From a virus (Duplodnaviria; Caudoviricetes), in IMG/VR virus record IMGVR_UViG_3300033148_003991, positions 1 to 52,577 of that record: a DNA stretch of 52,577 bases. One strand, written 5' to 3'. The notes beneath the pieces were generated by a model, which was not told where the DNA came from, did no database searches, and saw only the letters and a list, made by a program, of their open reading frames with translations. The translations under genes and the position numbers were made by a program. Shown here in pieces: positions 8,665-16,700 of this stretch (positions are counted from its first letter, which is position 1; the number at the start of each line of letters is the position of its first letter).

Positions 8665-8892
8665 TCACTCACCGTACAACTCCTTCCGCGCGGCGGCGAT
8701 GGAGTTGCCGAGAAGGGAAAGGACGGCGTTCATGCGGTCCCGGTTAAGGTCAGGCAGGTGCCACATGCGCACTACCCGCTCGGCATCGCCCATCAGGTCC
8801 GCCAACAGCTTCTTCAGCCGTTCGGTCTCGATGTACTTGTCGCACACCCTGTTCGCCCGCTCGACGATGCGGTTGACTGTTTCCATGTTCAT
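8665..8892 (-). CDS. Hypothetical protein
   Basis: Ends ARKELYGE; C-terminal similarity to 8213-8506. Confidence 0.6.
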   Translation of the reverse strand: MNMETVNRIVERANRVCDKYIETERLKKLLADLMGDAERVVRMWHLPDLNRDRMNAVLSLLGNSIAAARKELYGE

Positions 8893-9137
8893 GCTTTGCT
8901 CGCTTGAAGTTCAACTGGCCCATCTGTGGGCACAATCCGACCATGGCCCAACAGAATACAAATGGTGTTTTCGGCCATCACATTGCATCCGCCCTGTGAG
9001 CGCAAGAACGCCAGTAGCGATGCAGGCTCCAACTCGGCAATGTCATACGTATCCCTCTTGCCACCAGGAAGAGCAGCGAAAACGTAAATGCCGGTTGTGC
9101 CGTGGTAAACTGCCCTGTCAGGGTCCGCGACTTTCAT
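8889..9137 (-). CDS. Hypothetical protein
   Basis: AAGGAG RBS upstream of the ATG. Confidence 0.6.
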   Translation of the reverse strand: MKVADPDRAVYHGTTGIYVFAALPGGKRDTYDIAELEPASLLAFLRSQGGCNVMAENTICILLGHGRIVPTDGPVELQASKA

Positions 9138-9149
9138 CTCAGTCTCCTT

Positions 9150-9353
9150 TCAATCGCAGTAGCTTCGATGACACTTGGGGCATCCTGTTACCAATATCTC
9201 GTCCATTGTCGCCTTGAGATGGGTTGCTAGGTCGTAGCCACAGCTCCCGCAGTAGCCATCGCGCGGCATGAACATGGGCCAATCATGGCTTCGACATAGC
9301 TCAGCCTGCATCTGTAGTGCCTCATCCCGTGAGATTGTCGTCTGTTCACTCAT
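9150..9353 (-). CDS. Zn-binding hypothetical protein
   Basis: P.F.P.DGYCGSCG...TGCPKCHRSYCD, with RBS AAAGGAG. Confidence 0.7.
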   Translation of the reverse strand: MSEQTTISRDEALQMQAELCRSHDWPMFMPRDGYCGSCGYDLATHLKATMDEILVTGCPKCHRSYCD

Positions 9354-9513
9354 GTCGATGCTCCTTTCCGTATTGCCCCGCCAGGCCGGCAAGCCCGACG
9401 GGACGGCACTTTTCCGTCTGACAATCGAATTAGGCTAGACCTCTATAGGCGGCTCCGCTCAGTTCTTTGGGGCCACAGGCTGCGTCTCTCTGGGGCCGGT
9501 TATGGAGAAACAT

Positions 9514-9627
9514 TGCGAGAGGAGGGGGTCGAACCCGCCCACGTACGTTTCTTCAGGCATGAATGCCTGCGGCTCCGCAGAGCCATCATTTCGCCGTGTG
9601 GCACCGTCCAGATAACAGCCATCTCGC
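9514..9627 (-). ncRNA. Enlarged tRNA-like RNA
   Basis: Acceptor GCGAGA/TCTCGC(A), D-like CTGT-TATCTGG-ACGG, irregular anticodon arm GCCA...TGGC, long hairpin-rich variable region, T arm GCGGG-TTCGACC-CCCTC. Confidence 0.6.
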
Positions 9628-9672
9628 ATAACCCCGTCCGAGACTCCATGGAGCGTGTCAGACGGGGGGCAA

Positions 9673-9853
9673 ATCCACAGGCCCCGGGCCGTTGTTTGTA
9701 CCGCTGGGTCCAGCAGCCAACGGGTATTCCCACGCATGCCTGCGTACTACCGGCGAGCCCGCGGCATGAAGCTTTGGGCCACCGACCCGACGATACTATC
9801 GCCGGGGTGGTTCGGCGCAGAGCCGCCCCGCGTCACCAGGACGGTTTATGGAC
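9673..9853 (-). ncRNA. Putative multi-hairpin structured RNA
   Basis: Closing TCCATA/TGTGGA. Internal hairpins CCGGCGAT-AGT-ATCGTCGG and CCGTTG-GCTGCTGG-AC-CCAGCGGT-CAACGG. Strand inferred from context. Confidence 0.4.
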
Positions 9854-9872
9854 ATCTCCACGCCGGAGAATG

Positions 9873-9979
9873 TTGCTCTGCTGCGCTCGACGGCAATACG
9901 GGTTTCTCGGCATCGGTATACCGGCCTTAGGTCCGCCTAGAGCCGCCGACAAGGTGTATACCCCGACACAGCAGAGCAA
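9873..9979 (-). ncRNA. Structured RNA A, closed by a 13-bp terminal stem
   Basis: 5' TTGCTCTGCTGTG pairs with 3' CGCAGCAGAGCAA. Internal GGTATAC/GTATACC stem and a TAGG-CGGA-CCTA hairpin. Confidence 0.55.
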
Positions 9980-9984
9980 TATTG

Positions 9985-10229
9985 TTGCTCTGCTGTGGCC
10001 GGATTCTCACCGACAGGTACATCTCACAATGGCCTTGTTTATTCAACCAACACGGGCGTTATCGGAGAGTTTCCATTCACACCGGTGCACCAGCATTTAC
10101 AGACTTTCCCGAAGCACGTTCATTCCCGCAGTTACAGGCTATAGCCCAATTCGGGCCACCCCAGCCGCAAGGGTGCGTGCCAGCCGTCTCGTCACGCAGG
10201 CACATTCCCTGTGCCGCACAGCAGAGCAA
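9985..10229 (-). ncRNA. Structured RNA B: tRNA-mimic ends around a large (about 185 nt) insert
   Basis: 13-bp stem TTGCTCTGCTGTG/CACAGCAGAGCAA, D-like GGCACA-GGGAA-TGTGCC, and T-like GTCGG-TGAGAAT-CCGGC directly before the 3' stem strand. Confidence 0.62.
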
Positions 10230-10235
10230 TATCAA

Positions 10236-10380
10236 GAACGGCGGGCAGGATATATCTCCCTGCAACCGAACCCGGACTGGGAGAGGTCAGTTTGTCCGGC
10301 AAGACCTTTGACTTGGCCAGCCCATTGTAGTGCCGACGTGCCTTTCGCCGCGCGTGTCTTATTCCACGCCGCCGCCATTC
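10236..10380 (-). ncRNA. Structured RNA C: tRNA mimic
   Basis: 9-bp terminal stem GAATGGCGG/CCGCCGTTC, D-like GCGTG-GAATAAGA-CACGC, T-like GCAGG-GAGATATAT-CCTGC. Confidence 0.58.
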
Positions 10381-10406
10381 GTTTCGTTCGCTATTCACTT
10401 GTTCCG

Positions 10407-10461
10407 TCGCCCGGCCGGCAAACCCTACAGGACCAGGACGTTCCACTGTCCGGCCGGGCGA
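10407..10461. repeat. 12-bp inverted repeat (hairpin) heading the RNA array
   Basis: TCGCCCGGCCGG...CCGGCCGGGCGA just after the stop codon of 10469-11218. Confidence 0.6.
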
Positions 10462-10468
10462 AATGCTG

Positions 10469-11218
10469 TCAGTACTCGATTTTGAGGTCAGCGATGCTGA
10501 TAACGGCCAGAGACAAGGAAGTCGAGAGCTTGTCCATGGCAATAATTGCCTCTGGGCGAGTCTTGTGCTTTGTCATTACTTGGTAGCCATGGTTCTTGAT
10601 TTCAACGATCCAATACGGAAACAGGGGCACCGCCGTCCGCCGCTCCACCTTCGCCTCCCCCGTCACCTTCGGGGCGGGCCGGGGGCCAAAGGGAATTTCG
10701 CACCAGTGGGTGACGGCACGCCATGTTTTGTTCGGGCCGTACCAGGCGCCGATGGCTGCCGAGAAATGCCCCATCTGAACACCGTCGGCACACATTATGT
10801 TGACATTCCGCCCATCGTCCGGCAACCTGTCGTCCACACTAATCCAGTCGTCTTCCATCTCGGGCTCCTTCGGGGCTTCCTTCGCGGGCATCGCGGCTGC
10901 CTGGAGGAGGTTGGGGAGGATGTTGTGGGTGAAGTCGCAGGCCTTCGACGCTGTGGCGAAGATTCCTTCTGCCGTTTCGTGGTCGTAGTCACGATTGTGA
11001 CCGCGCAAGTAGACCGTTTGTGCGGCCCGGTGCAGTGACGGCAGGCCAACTGATCGCAGGTCCCAGTCGCCGAACTTAGCAAGCAGCAAATCTGGCCCAC
11101 CCAAAATGTGTCGCATCTCTTCCGGTTGCGCCAGCACCTGCATCGTCACCTTTGCCAAGTCCCGCCGGACGTACAGTTCAATCCCGTTGCCCCAGATGAT
11201 CCTGCGTTCGGGTTCCAT
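10469..11218 (-). CDS. DUF551-containing modular protein
   Basis: WISVDDRLP...VTHWCEIP. Confidence 0.72.
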   Translation of the reverse strand: MEPERRIIWGNGIELYVRRDLAKVTMQVLAQPEEMRHILGGPDLLLAKFGDWDLRSVGLPSLHRAAQTVYLRGHNRDYDHETAEGIFATASKACDFTHNILPNLLQAAAMPAKEAPKEPEMEDDWISVDDRLPDDGRNVNIMCADGVQMGHFSAAIGAWYGPNKTWRAVTHWCEIPFGPRPAPKVTGEAKVERRTAVPLFPYWIVEIKNHGYQVMTKHKTRPEAIIAMDKLSTSLSLAVISIADLKIEY

Positions 11219-11220
11219 GC

Positions 11221-11745
11221 TCAGCCTCCTACTTCCAGGGCGATTTTGGCAACATCAGCAAGTTGTTCTGCGAGGTTGTTTGTCTCAGCCTTGACGTACT
11301 CGAAGTCTCGGTACTTGCCTTCTCGGAACGTATCGTAAGGCGCGTAATCACCAAGATGGTTGCAGTCAAAGCCGAACCACCAGAGCCCATCGTGGTCTAT
11401 CGGATAGCCTTTGTGGCCAGCGGCGAAAGTGATTCCGCCATGGGCTCTCAAAATCAGGCAAATTGCGACAAGGTCATGCTCAAGGTCGGCCTTTCCACCT
11501 GCGCCCAAGAGATTCAAGATGCCAATGTTGTCTACATCGCATGGTAGGTCTTTCGCATTGGGCCAAGGCACGTTCTCGTTGTCCTTCTTGCCATGCCATG
11601 GATGGTCGGGGCCAATACCCACATATCCGCACAGATGCCCGCTGTGCGTCACGCGCAGAATCGCACACTGAAGTCCATTGTGTTCCCATTGCTCCTGGTC
11701 GGGCTCGTTATCCCACGGTCCGGGTACGTGTGTTGTGTCGCTCAT
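11221..11745 (-). CDS. Conserved phage hypothetical protein
   Basis: GPWDNEPD...HLCGYVG...HGGITF...WWFGFDCNH motif set. Confidence 0.75.
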   Translation of the reverse strand: MSDTTHVPGPWDNEPDQEQWEHNGLQCAILRVTHSGHLCGYVGIGPDHPWHGKKDNENVPWPNAKDLPCDVDNIGILNLLGAGGKADLEHDLVAICLILRAHGGITFAAGHKGYPIDHDGLWWFGFDCNHLGDYAPYDTFREGKYRDFEYVKAETNNLAEQLADVAKIALEVGG

Positions 11746-11746
11746 C

Positions 11747-12163
11747 TCACAGTCTCCTTTCCTGATGCAGATACCGATGGCACGACCGACAAAGCCAGAC
11801 CACGTCCAGCGGCCGGGAATAGTCCTCGTGGTGGGCGATGGACTTGCTCTTCCCGCAGTGCTCACACGGTAGGGGGGTCAGATCGCCGGTGCGGATCGCG
11901 CGCCTGACGATCGAGCGGGCCATGCCAGCCTTGGGATGCGCTTGGCGCCACTCGCGGAACTTGCGAAGGAAGTATTCTCGGTGTTGCTGATAATTATAAC
12001 GAGTGTATGCCTTGCCTTGTTTTCGCAACCATGCCCGCGCGTTGGCAGCCTGACAGATTCGGCACCAGGAATGTAAACGATCCCGATTGCGTTTGTCGGC
12101 GGCGAAGAGTTTCTTGTCCCGGACTATCCCGCACTTCGAGCAGCGCTTCTCACGGGCTCCCAC
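11747..12163 (-). CDS. HNH endonuclease with an N-terminal Zn finger
   Basis: KRCSKC...WCRIC...PCEHC...AHHEDYSRPLDVVWLCRSCH. Start uncertain (frame open to 12670). Confidence 0.75.
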   Translation of the reverse strand: MGAREKRCSKCGIVRDKKLFAADKRNRDRLHSWCRICQAANARAWLRKQGKAYTRYNYQQHREYFLRKFREWRQAHPKAGMARSIVRRAIRTGDLTPLPCEHCGKSKSIAHHEDYSRPLDVVWLCRSCHRYLHQERRL

Positions 12164-12380
12164 AACAGGTCCAAAGAGCCCACCCGGTAGCTGCTGTACT
12201 TCGGGTACTTCTGGTCCCGGCTGAGATACCCCCGGCAGCGTGGACACCTGGCTATCGTCAGCTTCAGAGGGAATAACCAGACGAATCGCATCCGGCACGG
12301 GTGACACTGGGCGGAGGTGCTCATAGGGACGTTCCTTAAATGGATCGTCCCTGACAACCCCGATAGCTCCATCACGAGCT

Positions 12381-12408
12381 ACAATAGTCTCGCGCCCCCG
12401 CTTGTCAA
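12381..12408 (-). promoter_or_regulatory. Putative sigma70-type promoter for the replication/accessory operon
   Basis: TTGACA-16 nt-TATTGT on the minus strand. Confidence 0.4.
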
Positions 12409-12515
12409 ATGTTTTCTCCAAATCAAACGCCTCATAACCCGGTAAAGCCGGACGGTGCCCGACAGAAGTCTCCCGTGTGCCTGTAGATATGTCTTCCCGA
12501 CTTGGGGTTGAATGC

Positions 12516-12545
12516 AAAACAGCCAGCCCCTTGTGAGGGCTGGCT
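12516..12545 (-). terminator. Intrinsic terminator at the end of the late/lysis operon
   Basis: AGCCAGCCC-TCACAAG-GGGCTGGCT followed by GTTTT on the minus strand. Confidence 0.55.
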
Positions 12546-12708
12546 TGACGATCGACAGGGACCAACACTCCTGCCAAGGAAGCGGCCCCTGTCGTTTCTT
12601 CCGGGTGCTTCGAGTTGGCAGGAGTGTTCTTCATGCCTTCATTATAGCGGCCTGGGCGCACCCCGACCACAAGAATCTGAGATTTTTTTGAGAAAAGTTT
12701 CCCCGCCT

Positions 12709-12945
12709 TCAGCGTTTCTTCGTCTGGCCGCGCGGCAGGTCCACCAGGGTCTTCCGGCCCTTCAGGCTGCTGTAGATCGAGATACCCGCCAGAACCAATG
12801 CCCCGACCGCGTTGGCGATCATCGAGGCATTCGACTCAGCCTGCACGGTCTCCATGCCCAGCTTCACGGCAAAAAACCACGCCACGCCGCGAGCCACAAT
12901 GCCGGTCAACCACGTAATGAGCGTCTTATTGTCCATCAGCCACAT
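12709..12945 (-). CDS. Holin-like protein
   Basis: 78 aa, two TM segments and a basic C-terminus, last gene of the late operon. Confidence 0.55.
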   Translation of the reverse strand: MWLMDNKTLITWLTGIVARGVAWFFAVKLGMETVQAESNASMIANAVGALVLAGISIYSSLKGRKTLVDLPRGQTKKR

Positions 12946-12976
12946 CCTTCCTAGTAACTTGAGCGCTGCCCACGAG

Positions 12977-13300
12977 TTAAAGGCCCACGAGAGCCAATGA
13001 GGCCCCCAGGAGGACTTGCATAATCGCCATGGCTGCTGCCCTCTGCGTCTTCATGTTCGCCGCGTTCTTCTTGTTCAAGGCGTCCCAGGCGTCCAAGATA
13101 TCCCCGCCCTCAGCAATGAGGTCTGTCGGGGTCATGTCGCCCAGAAGTTTTCGCCATGCCTCGTCCGTTCGATGGTTCGCCAAGTCGCTGATGAAAGCCC
13201 ATGCCTCAGCCTGCGTCCATCCCAGCAAAAGTGGTGCATATTCTCTGACAATGGGCTTCCAGTCGTCGGGGGTCTTGGCTATCAGTTCTTCGAGGGTCAT
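12977..13300 (-). CDS. Hypothetical protein with a C-terminal hydrophobic segment (lysis cassette)
   Basis: Coupled to the lipoprotein gene. Confidence 0.55.
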   Translation of the reverse strand: MTLEELIAKTPDDWKPIVREYAPLLLGWTQAEAWAFISDLANHRTDEAWRKLLGDMTPTDLIAEGGDILDAWDALNKKNAANMKTQRAAAMAIMQVLLGASLALVGL

Positions 13301-13545
13301 TCTGACTCCTTCCCGTCACGCGCGTCTCTGAATCTCCGCCACTGGTCACGGCTTATAGTCAGGGCGAGATTCTTTTCGAGCTCCGTCAGACCGCCGGCGT
13401 TCGGGTCCATGTTCGCCCGTCGCGCAACTTCGTCGGCCCACGCCACCTGCCGGTCGAGCATCTGGGAGTACTCGCGGTTCATAATGACCCCGCTGCACCC
13501 GCTGACCACAAAGACCAGCATTACAATCAGTACGAGTTTTCGCAT
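13297..13545 (-). CDS. Lipoprotein (possible spanin component)
   Basis: Signal peptide with lipobox VSGC. Confidence 0.6.
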   Translation of the reverse strand: MRKLVLIVMLVFVVSGCSGVIMNREYSQMLDRQVAWADEVARRANMDPNAGGLTELEKNLALTISRDQWRRFRDARDGKESE

Positions 13546-13555
13546 TTCACTTCTC

Positions 13556-13774
13556 CTATTTGATCGCCGTCAGCACCACGCCCGCCACGGACGCGGTTGC
13601 CACGACGAGAGTTATCATCAGATACAAGAACCGCTTATCCGCACTCCGAGAGTCCTCCAGGGCCTGTAAACGGCCGGCTATGCTCTCTCGCGGGTCAGCC
13701 CCGTTGCCGAATAATACCTTGTAAATGTTGTTTACCTTGACTTGAATGTCAAGTAAGACGTCGTGGTCACTCAT
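13556..13774 (-). CDS. Small coiled-coil protein with a C-terminal TM segment (XhlA/holin-like)
   Basis: LFGNG...RLQALE followed by a hydrophobic helix. Confidence 0.55.
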   Translation of the reverse strand: MSDHDVLLDIQVKVNNIYKVLFGNGADPRESIAGRLQALEDSRSADKRFLYLMITLVVATASVAGVVLTAIK

Positions 13775-13776
13775 AT

Positions 13777-16700
13777 CTACTCCACTGGCTTGAGTCTCGT
13801 TGGTCTGACCGGCTTGGACCTCTTGAATCGTGGCTTGTGTGTCGCTGTGCGATACCAACCCTCGAAGAGCCGCACGGGGAACTCCGGGATGCCAAAGACT
13901 GTAAATGCCACGGTTCGTGCGGGCTTGGCTGAGCGGGCAAGAGATCGCTTCCACTTCAGATCGCCCTTGCGGTCGAGTCGCGTGTCTCGCTGGTATCGCT
14001 CGCTGTTGACAAGCTGGTTGATGGCCAGGGTGAGCTTGCCGAGGAAACGCCCTAGATTCCGGTAGGATTGCTCGACGGGGTCGGTCTTTTCCCAAGCTTG
14101 GTCGCCCTTGGCCATGTCCACGGCTACTTCAATGGTATTCGCCGCAAGGTCGGCGCCGTAGAACATCCGGGCGATATTGCCGACAAACTCCACGGCGTAA
14201 TCGAGAAGGTCCCTGTCCTCTTCTTTCCTGCGCAGTCGGAAGCCACGCATGATGAACGCGAAGATTTCGTTGATGGCACTCATTGCGAGGGCGTTCATTA
14301 TTATGACGTTCGCCCATGTGGCGAAGACCTTGCCCTTACTAGCCTTGCCGTTCTTGAACCGCCAGTTCGCCCGGCGGACTATGTTCCAGTTCTGATTCGT
14401 CTGGGAACTGTACAAGGTCCTGAGTGCAGCCGACCAATCGGTGTGGGCGCGTCGTGCAAGTCCGGATTGATGGACCGGGTCCCAGACGGGCTGGGTCTTG
14501 GAGATAATGTGTTCTGCCCGTTCGCGCGTATAATCCAACAACGCTTGACCCGACAACCCCTTATCTTGCCCTTCGAGCTTGACCGCCCGCCAGATACCCA
14601 CAATGGCCGCTTGGTCGCCCTTGTGTAGCGGCCACATGGTCTTCTCTAAGATGCCCGAAGTTTTCCCGGTGACAAAGCGCTCGAGAGAGTGCGTGTCCAC
14701 TGTCGGGCCGACAAGCCCGACTCGTGACCCCCGGAAGCGCATCCGCAGCCACGATGACTCCCACTCAATCTCCCGGATAATCTCAGGATCCCAAGGATTC
14801 CCGACAGCGCCTTTACGAAGATACTTCACGTCTATCTCGGCCTGGGCCAACCAAAAACTAGGCACTTGCTTGAATGATGTCTTGATGTTCAGGCCCAGAT
14901 TCTTGACGTATTGCTTGCGGCGAAGCCAGTTCATTATCTTCCGGTATTCACCAACGTCACTCCGCCCGAGAGCTTCGACATCGTCCAGCCACGTCATTAA
15001 GTACTGAGTCTCGGTCTGCTTCTTCCCCTGGACAAGAGCCTGTGAAAGGGTCGGGTGCCCCAAGAGCGCCCGCATCTGACGAATGCGCAGAGAGAGAGCC
15101 GCATACGAGGAGACCTTGTTCACATGCGCGTAGTACGCATCGAAGAATCCCCGCATGAGTAACGGCTGAAGTCCGCCAACCCTGTCCTTGAAAATGCCCA
15201 TGTCTTTCAAGGCCATCTTCGTGACGTACTGAATACCCGACGGTTGTTCCTTCTCGAAATACAACGTATTGCGCACGCGCATCCAGTAATTCTTCCGCGT
15301 GGCAACCTCGGTCCCGTGCTCCTGAAGCCACGCGGGGTTCAGGTGAATGTCTCGCAAAGCGCCGTTGATGTACTTGAACCCCGCCATCGCAATGGCTTTC
15401 CCGTCGGCTTCGATGGTGTCCTCGAACGCTCGTATATCTGCGTGAGTCATCGTGACAGGTAACGCCCCGGGATGGCGGTCGAAGGTAATAGGTACGCCTC
15501 GGATAATCAGCCGGCGGTTGTCAGGGTCTTGGAGCGAAGCATACAGAAACATCTGTTCGTCGCGGGTTATCCGAAGAACCTTCAGCCGTTTACCACCTGA
15601 GTAAGCTTCCGGCAGCGGAATACCGATAAGCTCCTCCTGCCACTTCTTGAGCACATCGGGATGCCCGTCGAGCACACCACCTTTGATGGCAGCCTGAAGC
15701 GCGTCCTCGCCCTCGCGCATGATCTCCAGTTTCTTGCCCCGGTAAGCCTTTTCAATCTCTTGTTGGGCAAGATAGATGGGATTATCCTCTGTCGTCCCCA
15801 ATCGGATAGCTACCGTGTCGGGCTTGTCGTTCTCAGTCACCAGACCCTTAACGCGCCCAGGCTTTGGCTTCTCCAACTTCTCGCTGTATCGTGCCTCCGG
15901 CGGGCCGATCTCGTCGGCAGCTTGTTGAGCAGCCTTGTCGAGATCACGATATGCCTTGCGAAGGAGAACGGTGTTCTTGATCCTGCTCTGCGCAGTTATC
16001 TCCCGAATCACGGCCGCAACGGCCTTGATGCTTTCGGGCGGGAGCTTCCGCAAGGGGACCTGCTGGTATCGCTCTAACCTCTTGGTGGCCTTCTCCATCA
16101 ACAGCGTTACAATCGGATCGTCCCTGGCCAACTCGGCCCACTTGATCGTTTCCTTAAGACGCCGCAGAGTCCTCTCGGAAGGCTCCTTCTCAGTAAAGCT
16201 ATCCATCAGGCGGTCGATCTTCTTCTGGTGTTCCGGGCGAAGCTGGGCTTTCTTGAGTGCCTTCTTGGCCTTCTTGAAATCGCCCCACGCCTCCTCGTGT
16301 CTCTGAAGATGGGTCAGCCGGAGGATAGACTTGCTCACAACGCGTATCTCCGCTGGAGTACGAGCCTTCGCGATGACCTTCATAATCCTGGCCTGGAGCT
16401 TTTCGTTCAACACGCTCTTCGCCTGTTTCACGAGGTCCGCGTGCGTTTTGGCAAGGTCCTTCTGTCCCGCGCGGTAGGCTTGTCTCCCAGCCTTCGCCAT
16501 GGCCTTGAGGGTGTATCGAAGTAACTGGGCAGGTGTTTCTGCCACGGGCTCGCCTTGCGGCCATTTCTTCTGGGCTCGGAGTCGGGCCTTGAGCGCCTTG
16601 GCCTCGGCAGAACGTTCCGCCTTGAGCGTTCGGGCCTGCTTTCGCTTGGCCTTCGCGGCGGCTCGTTCTTGTACTGTGAGCTTCTTCTCCGCAGGCTCCG

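Noticed and set aside
9985-10229. Bona fide tmRNA
   Set aside because: No G3:U70 alanine identity pair, no CCA end and no evident tag reading frame.
9871-10232. CRISPR mini-array
   Set aside because: The repeats are 13-16 nt, alternate in orientation and have very unequal spacing. There are no cas genes.
9513-10586. 357-aa plus-strand ORF over the RNA array
   Set aside because: It is antisense to the operon, has no RBS or recognisable motif, has an R/P/A-rich shadow composition, and overlaps a real minus-strand gene. It is not formally excluded.
12163-12670. N-terminal 170 aa of the 307-aa HNH ORF
   Set aside because: It crosses a terminator, a promoter-like site and an alternative Zn-ribbon ORF (12124-12324), so it is probably an open frame by chance. 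A leaderless start at 12634 after TATAAT cannot be excluded.
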